From positions 1 through 21,442 of the forward strand of contig JAQGDQ010001908.1 of NCBI GenBank assembly GCA_030141605.1: a stretch of DNA of 21,442 bases, given 5' to 3'. Shown one piece after another: positions 1-11,419 of this stretch (position 1 is the first letter of the stretch; the number at the start of each line of letters is the position of its first letter). This DNA comes from Tubiluchus corallicola. Taxonomy: Eukaryota > Animalia > Priapulida. Under the pieces are notes generated by a model. It saw only the letters and a list, made by a program, of their open reading frames with translations. It was not told where the DNA came from and ran no database searches. The position numbers were made by a program, and so were the translations under genes.

Positions 1-1
<1 letters not shown>

Positions 2-75
<74 letters not shown>

Positions 76-90
76 CTCTCTCTCTCTCTT
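2..90. repeat. (CT)n microsatellite, probably truncated by the window start
   Basis: Near-perfect TC dinucleotide run 2-70, degenerate to ~90. Confidence 0.97.
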
Positions 91-110
91 TTCTTGTCAT
101 CTAGTCGAAC

Positions 111-157
111 TAATTTTAATTTTTAATTTTAATTTTTAATTTTATTTTTAATTTTTT
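111..157. repeat. (TTTTAA/TTTTTAA)n low-complexity repeat
   Basis: taattttaatttttaattttaatttttaattttatttttaatttttt. Confidence 0.7.
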
Positions 158-1275
158 CCTTATTTGTTTACATTCGCACTATTTTTGTTGTTGTTGCTAC
201 TTAGTAAATTTATATTTATGTTATCATACATGTTCTGTCGTAGTTTTTTAATTATCACTCATTTATTATGATTTCTTTTTGCTCTATTCAATTTTGCAGT
301 GTCTAAAATTAATCTGAGAAGGGAAGGTGACTTGATGCCAAACTGCTCCCTCGCCTCCCTGTCTCCTTCACCTCCTGTGACACATTTTCCGGCATCTTCA
401 TACTTCCGCTTCCGAATTAATTTATAAGCGTAACTAACTATTGTTTTTACTCTGTAAATTGTGTATTTGAGAAGATAAATAGAAAATTGTCTATATCTAC
501 GTCTATATATCCGTTCTGCTTATTTCTCTTTCCGCGCGTCAAACATATCACATCTTTTCCGCCCATAAATAATGAATCGTCAAATGATTCATCAATAACT
601 AAACAAATAGCATCACAAGTAAATAAATAAATGATCAGGGAGGTTATAAATGAGTCTACTGTGAACACGGCCTTCCCTTTTTCTCGTTTCAAAGAAGATG
701 TCTGGCAGGGGCTAGTGTTCAACAAATTGGAAACGCGTATGTCTCCAGGCGGACGAACTTTCAAAAGACGAACGCGGAAAGAAATAACCGACGCATTAAT
801 GAAACTATTTTACCGGAGAAACCATGTAGTTGCACAATTTGCTCAAGGTCGACCTGAAGCATTGAAAAATGACGAAGATGACTTTGGCTTCTTTCTAAGA
901 ATTAACAGGAAGACGCGTTAAAGTTTAAGCGATTGAAATGACCCACGAGATTACTGCAGCAATACTTCAGACATTTCGTCCCAAAACAGCATGAATGTTG
1001 GCTAATTTGATTCAAGTTCCAGAATTATCATTAGTCATAGAAAACTCTTGGTGTACTTCTTGGTACTTACAGTACCAGATAGGGGACATTGGCCTTGAGC
1101 GGGTTATAAGGTCAAACTTCAATTAAAAACAGATTGTAGAATCTCGGTTACGCCTCTCCTCACATAACCTAGCTATTGAGACTGGAAGATGGGCAAGGAT
1201 AAAAAGAGAGGACAGGCTATGCTCCTGTTCTGGCTTAAACATTCAAACAGAAGAGCATGTTATCTGTTTTTGTCA

Positions 1276-3126
1276 CGCCAAGTATTAACAATACACCCAC
1301 TATTTCTCGCTTCTGACGCTAGGCGCGCCAAGTATTAACAATATACCCACTATTTCTCGCTACCGACGCTAGGCGTGCCAAGTATTAACAATATACCCAC
1401 TATTTCTCGCTACCGACGCTAGGCGTGCCAAGTATTAACAATATAACCACTATTTCTCGCTTCTGACGCTAGGCGCGCCAAGTATTAACAATATACCCAC
1501 TATTTCTCGCCTCTGACGCTAGGCGCGCCAAGTATTAACAATATACACACTATTTCTCGCTTCCGACGCTAGGCGCTCCAAGTATTAAAAATACACCCGC
1601 TATTTCTCGCTTCCGACGCTAGGCGCTCCAAGTATTAACAATACACCCATTATTTCTCGCTTCCGACGCTAGGCGCGTCAAGTATTAACAATACACCTGC
1701 TATTTCTCGCTTTCGACGCTAGGCGCGCCAAGTATTAACAATACACCCACTATTTCTCGCTTCTGACGTTAGGCGCTCCAAGTATTAACAATATACCCAC
1801 TATTTCTCGCTTCCGACATTAGGCGCTCCAAGTATTAACAATACACCCACTATTTCTCGTTTGCGACGCTAGGCGTGCCAAGTATTAACAATACACCCAC
1901 TATTTCTCGCATCCGACGCTAGGCGCGCCAAGTATTAACAATACACCCACTATTTCTCGCTTCCGACGCTAGGCGCTCCAAGTATTAACAATACACCCAC
2001 TATTTCTCGCATCCGACACTAGGCGCAGCAAGTATTAACAATACACCCACTATTTCTCGCTTCCGACGCTAGGCGCTCCAAGTATTAACAATACACCCAC
2101 TATTTCTCGCTTCCGACGCTAGGCGCGCCAAGTATTAACAATATAACCACTATTTCTCGCTTCCGACGCTAGACGCGCCAAGTATTAACAATACACCCAC
2201 TATTTCTCGCTTCTGACGCTAGGCGCGCCAAGTATTAACAATACACCCACTATTTCTCGCTTCTGACGCTAGGCGTGCCAAGTATTAACAATACACCCAC
2301 TATTTCTCGCTTCCGACGCTAGGCGTGCCAAGTATTAACAATATACCCACTATTTCTCGCTTCCGACGCTAGGCGCTCCAAGTATTAACAATACACCCGC
2401 TATTTCTCGCTTCCGACGCTAGGCGTGGCAAGTATTAACAATATACCTACTATTTCTCGCTTCCGACGCTAGGCGCGCCAAGTATTAACAATATACCCAC
2501 TATTTCTCGCTTCCGACGCTAGGCGCGCCAAGTATTAACAATATACCCACTATTTCTCGCTTCCGACGCTAGGCGCGCCAAGTATTAACAATATACCCAC
2601 TATTTCTCGCTTCCGACGCTAGGCGTGCCAAGTATTAACAATACACCCACTATTTCTCGCTTCCGACGCTAGGCGCGGCAAGTATTAACAATATAACCAC
2701 TATTTCTCGCTTCCGACGCTAGGCACGCCAAGTATTAACAATACACCCACTATTTCTCGCTTCCGACGCTAGGCGCGCCAAGTATTAACAATATGCCCAC
2801 TATTTCTCGCTACCGACGCTAGGCGCGCCAAGTATTAACAATATACCCACTATTTCTCGCTTCCGACGCTAGGCGCGCCAAGTATTAACAATACACCCAC
2901 TATTTCTCGCTTTCGACGCTAGGCGCGCCAAGTATTAACAATACACCCACTATTTCACGCTTCCGACGCTAGGACGGGCAAGTATTAACAATACACCCAC
3001 TATTTCTCGCTTCCGACGCTAGGTGCGCCAAGTATTAACAATACACCCACTATTTCTCGCTTCCGACGCTAGGTGCGCCAAGTATTAACAATACACCCAC
3101 TATTTCTCGCTTCCGACGCTAGGCGC
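1276..3126. repeat. 50-bp minisatellite, 37 copies
   Basis: AGTATTAACA recurs every 50 nt from 1281 to 3081 with no indel (one copy reads AGTATTAAAA). Consensus AGTATTAACAATACACCCACTATTTCTCGCTTCCGACGCTAGGCGCGCCA. Confidence 0.98.
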
Positions 3127-3719
3127 TTTGGTGTATCATAGGCTGAAGATGATCAAGGACCTGGCAGAGTTGTCTTCGCCATGTTCGGAAGTGTATGGAC
3201 GCCGTGACCGAGACTCAAAATTACGAGTTTAAAAAATCAGAAGAACAAATGAATTATTGGTTTATATTTTTGTCGATATAATCGGTTACTGATCGATAAT
3301 TGTCTTGTTAGTTTCCTAATCGACCTTTTCATCATTTATCATGCCCCTTTGACATTTGGTACTCCATTCCCGCAGTGCCAAGTTGTACAAATCTAATAAG
3401 TTTTCCCTAATAGATTGGGGAACGATATTATTTGTTCGTAAATTAGCCACATTTTATATAACGGTTGTGTCTTTTTCTGGCAGTAAAATGAGTAGCTGGT
3501 ACTTGTCTAATACCAAACTGGTTATTTGTTCTTTATTTAAATCTGTATAATGTTATTTTGGAACGCAAAGTTTGGTAACAATTTTATTCAATCGACGAAC
3601 GAACGATTGGTGATGATAGAAAATTCCGATTTTTCACGTTTGCTGTAGTTTTTTTCCTATATTGAATGGTGCTGGTCCAACTTAAAATCGTGTTTTTATT
3701 CATGAAATTTAAAAATCTG

Positions 3720-3720
3720 G

Positions 3721-3752
<32 letters not shown>

Positions 3753-3927
3753 TGCGTGTGTGCGTGTGTGTGCGTGCGTGTGTATGTGTGTGTGTGTGCG
3801 TGCGTGCGTGTGTGTGTGTATGTGTGTTTGTGCGTGCGTGCGTGTGTATTTGTGCGTGCGTGCGTGTGTATGTGTGCGTGCGTGCGTGCGTGTGTGTGTG
3901 TGTGTGTGCGTGCGTGTGTGTGTGTGT
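3720..3927. repeat. Compound (GT)n/(GCGT)n microsatellite
   Basis: Alternating purine-pyrimidine tract; it explains the CV/HT-rich ORFs in the track. Confidence 0.97.
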
Positions 3928-4540
3928 AGGAGTGGGGTGGAGCGATTCGCCAAAAACGACTCTTCCATCCTTGTAAAAGGAGACGATAAACCAGTCTATA
4001 CTATAGCAAGTGAATAAAAGCAAAGCACAGACCCTAAACCGATTACGGGGCTATAACGGAGGAGAATGGTTTAAGATGACAAGCATCGCCCATATTTCGT
4101 ATTTTATTAATCACTTTTCGTTTGTATATAAAAGCATTCGCATGTTACCTGTAATTAACAGCAAGTGCCAGAGATACAGCGGCTCTGGACTGTTAACATG
4201 TTGATTGTATGAGGCCATGTTGAAATAAAGAGAATGTTCGGTCAATGCACGTGTAACTAAATGTCATTTGAACTCCTTTTCTTGTTTTTATGCAGTATCT
4301 GTGCATTTTCTAAAACTTAGCGTGGTAAAACAGGTACACATTCTCATATATTCCTACATTTCCGTAATGGGTGCCGAAATATTTACATTTTGAATAAAAA
4401 CCAAACACTGACCCAGTCATATCTGCTTAGTAAACATAGAATTGTTTTGACTCATTTGCTACTGAGTAATGGAAGGTGCGTGCCGATGTTCTTGAAACAT
4501 CGCAAATACATAAAATGTGTTTCATAAGATTTGTGCGTAG

Positions 4541-5357
4541 TTTTTCTGCCACTACACGTTTAGTAGTGTAATAGTAGTTGTATAACGTCAAAAAACAAGA
4601 GATTATTGCAACATCTAATCGTTTTTCTGCAACTGCGCGTTTAGTAGTGTAATAGTAGTTGTATAACGTCAAAAAACATGAGATCATTGCAACATCTAGT
4701 CGTTTTTCTGCCACTGCACGTTTAGTGGTGTAATAGTAGTTGTATAACGTCAAAAAACAAGAGATTATTGCAACATCTAGTCGTTTTTCTGCCACTGCAC
4801 GTTTAGTAGTGTAATAGTAGTTGTATAACGTTAAAAAACAAGAGATTATTGCAACATCTAGTCGTTTTTCTGCCACTGCACGTTTAATAGTGTAATAGTA
4901 GTTGTATAACGTCAAAAAACAAGAGATTATTGCAACATCTAGTCGTTTTTCTGCCACTGCACGTTTAGTGGTGTAATAGTAGTTGTATAACGTCAAAAAA
5001 ACAAGAGATTATTGCAACATCTAATCGTTTTTCTGCAACTGCGCGTTTAGTAGTGTAATAGTAGTTGTATAACGTCAAAAAACATGAGATCATTGCAACA
5101 TCTAGTCGTTTTTCTGCCACTGCACGTTTAGTAGTGTAATAGTAGTTGTATAACGTTAAAAAACATGAGATTATTGCAACATCTAGTCGTTTTTCTGCCA
5201 CTGCACGTTTAGTAGCGTAATAGTAGTTGTATAACGTCAAAAAACAAGAGATTATTACAGCATCTTGTAGTTTTTCTGCCACTGCACGTTTAGTAGTGTA
5301 ATAGTAGTTGTATAACGTCAAAAAACAAGAGATTATTACAGCATCTAGTCGTTTTTC
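4541..5357. repeat. 81-bp minisatellite, 10 copies
   Basis: TTTTTCTGC recurs at 4541, 4622, 4703, 4784, 4865, 4946, 5028 (one extra A), 5109, 5190 and 5271, with a partial unit at 5352. The ORF track shows the matching 27-codon period. Confidence 0.97.
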
Positions 5358-5819
5358 CAAGTTTTTTTCAACAGACGCTTAATTTGCAGTAAGACAACGG
5401 CAAGAAAATTTATAATGAAGCCGGTTAATGAAGCACAAAAACAGGAAGCATCAGAACTGCGCAGCGTTATGCGGCGCATGTATTTCACACATCTGGTAGC
5501 TAATAATTATTAACTCATTAATGCTCCTACAGTATTTTAATTAGTAATTACGAATGCTGACGCAGCGCGGAAGATGATTAGACTGTTTTTGAGTGAAATG
5601 TTAATTAATTTGTACGAAGGTGATTGTGTGTACGATGGAACGGACATGCGCATTTAGCGATTGCGCAATTATACGGGACACACAAAACAACAAACGTTTT
5701 CAAGTAACAAATCTTCTAAAAAGATTTCAAAAATAAACAAAATCATTTAGAAGAGTTATAAAAAGAGATGCCTATACTCGGTAGTCTGAAAGCGGCCTTT
5801 ATAATTTATATGGGCAATA

Positions 5820-6127
5820 TAGGTTTTACATGTCAAATGTAGACCTACGTTAAGTCAAATGTAGATTTAGGTAATTCAAATGTGTCTTGGTAACTCAAAT
5901 GTTGACTTAGGTAGTTCAAATGTCTTAACAATGGTTTTCAAGAAATCTTAAGCGTTTTTGCTAAGTCAAATGTAGACACATGTCAAGTCAAACGTTCTAT
6001 GTCTACATTTGACTTACCTAAGTCACATTTGAGTTAGCAAAACACATTTGAAATTCCTATGTCTACATGTGAGTTACCTAAGTCACATTTGAACTTTCCT
6101 GTGTCTACATTTGACGTGTAAAACCTA
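5820..6127. mobile_element. MITE / non-autonomous DNA transposon with TA TSD (Tc1/mariner-like), short copy
   Basis: 25-bp TIR TAGGTTTTACATGTCAAATGTAGAC ... GTCTACATTTGACGTGTAAAACCTA (1 mismatch), TA on both flanks (5818-5819, 6128-6129), inverted subterminal TCAAATGT/ACATTTGA repeats. A second copy lies at 20795-21345. Confidence 0.9.
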
Positions 6128-6479
6128 TAGAACTGAATCTTAACAATTATTAATACAGGTGTTAACTAGCACCCAATTATTACGTAATAACTGAAATAAA
6201 CTAAACCAACTGCCACTAACACTACGAGAATATTTAAGGTTCCTCTGGTTGTTTAAAAGATGGTAACTAAATTTATTGAAAGGTCATAACATCTGTAAAA
6301 GCAATTCATATCTTCTTGGTGTTTCATAAAAATGGATATCAATGTTTATCAAGTCTTTCAAGGATGAATTTGTTCTCGTTCTTATTTTTAATTTCCTTGT
6401 ATAAAAGACAAGTCCTACAGAAAGCAACTATTCCAAAGGAAAAGTTATGTAAAAGATGGGTTGGTTTTAATGAACGTAA

Positions 6480-6609
6480 AGAGGCGTTTACCCAGCATCC
6501 GGATGCGCATGCGTTTTCACCTGCGGAACAGCCTCTGCAAAAAAACCAATAGGAATAGCTGCGGAAGAAGAATAACGCATACGCATCCGGGCACTACGTA
6601 AACGCCACT
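6480..6609. mobile_element. Small MITE with TAA TSD (PIF/Harbinger-like)
   Basis: ~36-bp imperfect TIRs AGAGGCGTTTACCCAGCATCCGGATGCGCATGCGTT / AACGCATACGCATCCGGGCACTACGTAAACGCCACT (7 mismatches), flanked by TAA at 6477-6479 and 6610-6612. Confidence 0.7.
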
Positions 6610-7329
6610 TAACACCGGAAGCTTACCAGACGCAGCAAGTCAAAAATGTCACGAAGAAAGTGATCTAGCAAGTAAGTTACTTCGCTTGTATAAAAAAAGC
6701 TTAGATATCAACAAATAGTGAAAAAAGTTAGTCGAGTGTGTAGCTCCTGCCTAGATGCCTCTTCTTACTGAGGAAGATTTCGACTCTTGTCTGAGTGTCT
6801 TTTTAAAAAGTGATAAACTAATGATCGGTGGCAGTTGCTGCATATTAAAAATCATTTTTGAATTGACTTATTTTTATTAAACATGGATTTTCTGCAGAAC
6901 GCTTTAGGTTTGCGAGAAAAACTTTGCTGGATTTGCATAAGGGGACACGGCAAGATCAGGGTAACAGTAATATACCTCCTCGGCTTTTGTTGAAAACTGT
7001 TTATCTGGTGTCAAAGCAACGGAACCACCTCCTGAGACAGCAAAATTGTGGTTTCGTACTTGGCAAAGAAGCCACGTGGACGCCCAGCAGGGGGGGTTGA
7101 CTTTTTAAATTCATGCATTCTACTCGAGCAAATGAGTGAATCAAAAAATTCCACCTGAAGCTCGTGGAAGAGGCTTCAACGATGCAATGAGAAATTAATT
7201 AGACCTCTTTAGTTGCACGTAAATCCAAAGCTGCAAATTAAACATTCGCTGGCGGTGAAATGTCTGCAAACTGAACCAATGTTCAACGCTTAGAGTGGCT
7301 GTTTACGCTTGGGAAAGAGAACCGTGAGA

Positions 7330-7614
<285 letters not shown>

Positions 7615-8411
7615 GAAAGAAATAAAACTCCTAAGCTTTAAATACAGAAGTGAGTTGAGTGTAAGGTGTAAGGTGTACAGAGTCATATCCCGTGTAATCG
7701 TTGAGCTATGTTCTTTCCACTTACATACCTGCAAAAGCAGTTTCTGTTTAGATCTTTAGCAAGTGTTTCAAAATTTAGGAGAACCTTCTAAATTGTAGAA
7801 ATGCAAATATAGAATTGACTTGAGCAAACTCTTCAAAACGTATATCATGTACGCTTTCACTAAAAATATTCTTAAGAGAAACCAGATTCGACAGAGCTCT
7901 CCTTTTTCCTTTCGTCAAATGGAAAGTTCATTATCCTGTAACTTGAACATTGCGATTAGTACAAAACTGAATCTTGGGAATCGATCTTAAACATTTTATT
8001 ATTATAGCTCATGGCTTGATAATTTGGCTAAATTACGTCTGCTATCTGTGGGAATTCAACAAAAGGGCGGCATATTGGCTCGCATGATTACAATTATAGG
8101 CCTGTTTGTAAACCATTGTTCGACGGTGGAATGAACCTGATTGGATGAGGTCGGTGTAGAAATGCATGATTTAAATTCAAATGGAAATCATAGTGATTTC
8201 TGTGAATGTTGTATACATACTATACATGTTGTATATGTTGTGACTCCATATAACGATTAAAAATGAAAAAATTTAAAAAAAATTATGTAATGTAATACGT
8301 GTTATGTTAGTTTTGTAATGTCAAATGTATAAATAGTGTAAATGTAATGAGTGAAATTTATGTAATGTAAAGCATGTTTCTGTTGATTGTGTCATGTCAA
8401 ATGTATATATA

Positions 8412-8660
8412 GTGTAAAATATGTCATGTAAAATTTAATGTACTTTCGTAAAATTGTTTTGTAAAAATATTTTAATATTGTGTTTGTAAATATGTTCATT
8501 TATTGTATATAATTAGGCTTTAGTTTTTTTAGTCTGTACTGGATGCATTTGTCTTGAACAGTGTTGTTATTTTAACATTACGCTGAGGCTTACTCAATTT
8601 TATTATAATGAGTGAACCATTTTTATGACAAATAAAGAATTAATATAATATATATACTAT
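8412..8660 (+). mobile_element. Dispersed repeat copy A; probable non-LTR retrotransposon 3' UTR with TA-rich tail
   Basis: Aligns by eye with 18486-18720 (e.g. TGTTTGTAAATATGTTCATT, GCATTTGTCTTGAACAGTGT, GGCTTACTCAATTTTA, ATAATGAGTGAACCATTTT, GACAAATAAAGAATTAATATA). Both copies end in AATAAA plus a TA-rich tail. The repeat is certain; LINE identity is inferred. Confidence 0.7.
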
Positions 8661-9034
8661 ACACGTACGGGTTTCTTTGTATGGGACGAAAAATTGGAAT
8701 TTTAGGAATATTCCTGGCTGTGTGCACCTTTTAGACTTCTTCGCACTTTGTATGCATCCCAGAAATTCGTCAATTTTTGCTTCTGCAAACAATTTTGGTT
8801 TGAAGCCCTAATTTCTCGCTTGAATGTAATTGCTTTGGCTTTCTGATCGTAAACAGTTAGTGAGGCGCACGCAAAGATTAAAAACGGATCTGTTATCTCC
8901 TGCTTGAGCACGCAGACGAAATCCGAGGACCAGACCTGATTGATACGTTAGACTTAGAGGAAATGAACGCATGCGAATGTGCACGCAACAGTCACCGTAC
9001 GCAAACACTCACACTCAGTTACTAGCTTAGTACT

Positions 9035-9154
9035 GATTACGGCCAAATCACGTTGAAAACACCGGTTCTCGCCTGATCACCGAAGTTAAGCAACGTAGAG
9101 CCTAGTTAGTACTTGGATGGGTGACCGTCTAGCAATACCAGGTGCTGTAGGCTT
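9035..9154 (+). rRNA. 5S rRNA: 5S rRNA-derived sequence (full length, diverged); SINE head or pseudogene rather than an rDNA-array gene
   Basis: TACGGCCAAATCACGTTGAAAACACCGGTTCTCGCCTGATCACCGAAGTTAAGCAACG...GTTAGTACTTGGATGGGTGACCG...AATACCAGGTGCTGTAGGCTT closely matches metazoan 5S rRNA (120 nt), with box A and box C retained. No T4+ terminator follows, and it is single-copy here. Confidence 0.93.
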
Positions 9155-9561
9155 GCCGGATGCCCACACTGTACAAGCAGCCAATTGCTAGAGGGCGGAG
9201 GAGGTCAAGTGACCCAACGGCCATGTGTAGAGGAGTAAACCTTCTAAATCAGGAGTGGAGCCCCGAAGGCGGACCAGTGCAGCATGCTCACTGACTCCGG
9301 AAGCTCCTGCAGCCAACCTGGTGCCAAACTTATCGCTCCGCTTTCCTTTGGACTACATCAGGGAGGAAGAGAGGGAGTTCCTGTTGTCTGGGGAACTCAG
9401 GATCTTCATACACCTTGCCCAGGCGTACCCCCTGGAGACGTTCAAGGATCGCACTGCTCAGCCACAGTCGACGCTGCAGCTCCATCAATGTGATCAATAA
9501 CTGACTCTCTTGGCGCACACTCCATTGTCTTCCGAGACAGAAGGATGCCAACAACACAACA
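9035..9561 (+). mobile_element. 5S rRNA-derived SINE (SINE3-type) with RTE-LINE-derived 3' end
   Basis: 5S head 9035-9154; GC-rich body 9155-9441; 9442-9504 translates SRIALLSHSRRCSSINVINN*, matching the C-terminal SRIGLxSHxRxC motif of RTE-clade ORFs; 3' hairpin TGTCT-TCCG-AGACA; (AAC)-type tail 9550-9561. Confidence 0.8.
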
Positions 9562-10342
9562 GCACTGTCCCACATGTATATGTATTAAATTATGTGGACA
9601 ATAATAATTGACCATATATTGGATCATATTGTCTATGATTATGAATTATGACTCTATGTCCTCGGGTTGCTTTGGCGTCTTTGTGAGAATTGCCGCAATT
9701 GCTAACATGGGATTATAAGAGGAAATGGTTCAGTTACTAATTCTGCTGTAGGGTCACTGTAGCCGGCAACGGCAACAGCATAAAACAGTAGTAACCATGA
9801 TGATGGTGGCAGAGACGACAGCAACAGCAATGAGAAACAGCGACAATGTCATCGTCAATGTTAAAAATATTTTAGTTTCTGTTACGTCTTGTTTGAGTGT
9901 GCGCTGTTTGATACGATTAAAAGAGAATTTGATACGGCATTTATAAAATATCTTAGCTTGGTTAGGTGTAAATTAGGATGTTGTAAGGCGAGGCAGAGAG
10001 AGACGTTTAAACGTTTTCTGGTCTAATGCAAGATGAAATTTTACTAACTCGTGGCTAAACTTGATTAATATTAATATTATTACTAAATATTATTAAAATA
10101 ATTTGGTGCCATATTTGTGAATATTACGTACTATATTTTGTGTCAATATGTGATCAGTGTCAGTGAGTTAAACACTTACCTATTGCAGGTTTTCAGTAGG
10201 TGATAAAATGTAAAGTAGGTTACAGTGATTACGTTTGGTAGTCAAAATCACCTCAATTAAACTTATTAGAATTTTTGTATTTGTATTGCTCTGCAAATGC
10301 AAAGGCTTTACCTGTATATACAAGTCAGATAAATTGAAAGTT

Positions 10343-10379
10343 ATAATAATAATGATGATGATGATGATGGTGGTGATGA

Positions 10380-10411
<32 letters not shown>

Positions 10412-10610
10412 ATGATGATGATGATGATGATGGTGGTGGTGATGATGATTGATGATGATGATGACGATGCTGGTGATGATGATGATGATGACGATGATGA
10501 TGATGATGGTGGTGATGATGATGATGATGATATTGATGATGAAGATAGAAAAAAATAATATTAATGATAATGATGAAATAATAATAATAATAATTATTAT
10601 TATTATAATA
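10343..10610. repeat. Compound (GAT/GGT)n and (AAT)n trinucleotide repeats
   Basis: GAT/GGT tract 10352-10541 flanked by AAT runs; source of the poly-M/poly-D ORF. Confidence 0.95.
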
Positions 10611-10688
10611 GTTTAAATAATTTCTGCAGCTGGAGATATAGGGAAGAAAATTGTAATGAGGTGTATCACATAAAGCATGATAATGCCC

Positions 10689-11419
10689 GCAGCAGCAGCA
10701 GTAATAACGACAATAGCAGCTAAAGCGACAACAGCAGCAACAGCGACAACGACAACAATAGCTACAGCGACAACAACAGCAACAAGGACAATGGCAGCAA
10801 CAGCGACAACAGCAGCAACAGCGACAACAGCAGCAACAGCGACAACGACAACAGCAGCAACAGCAACAACGACAACACCAGAAACAGCGACAATGGCTAC
10901 AGCAGCAACAGCGACAACGACAACAACAGCTACAGCGACAACGGCAACAGCAGAAACAGTGACAACACCAGAAACAGCGACAACAGCAGCAACAGCGACA
11001 ACGGCAACAGCAGCAACAGCGACAATATCAACAGCAGCAACAGCGACAACGACAACACCAGAAACAGCGACAACGGCAGCAACAGCAACAACGACAACAC
11101 CAGAAACAGCAACAACGGCAGCAATAGCGACAACGGCAACGGCAGCAACAGCTACGGCGACAACAACAGCAACAGCGACAACGATAACAGCAGCAACAGC
11201 GACAACGCAACAGTAGCAACAACGACAACGACAACGGCAGCAAGAGTGACAACGGCAGCAACAGCAACAGCGACAACGACAACAGCAGCAACAGCTACAG
11301 CAACAACAACAGCAACTGCGACAACAACAGCTACAGCAACAACAACAGCAACTGCGACAACAACAGCGACAACAACAACAACAGCGACAACGACAACAAC
11401 AGCTACAACATCTAACAGC
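10689..11419. repeat. Cryptic trinucleotide repeat (CAA/CAG/CGA; GCAACA/GCGACA hexamers)
   Basis: ~730 bp of degenerate triplets with locally duplicated blocks such as ACAACACCAGAAACAGCGACA (4x). A short related patch lies at ~9765-9850. Confidence 0.93.

Noticed and set aside
447-921. Short ORFs 447-764 (-) and 631-921 (+)
   Set aside because: No recognisable domain or convincing splice boundaries.
1276-3126. CRISPR-like array (also considered for the 57-, 81-, 97- and 29-bp arrays)
   Set aside because: Units are head-to-tail with no unique spacers, there are no cas genes, and the context is eukaryotic.
9035-9154. Functional 5S rDNA repeat unit
   Set aside because: Single copy, several substitutions relative to typical 5S including the 5' end, no oligo-T terminator, and fused to an RTE-like tail.
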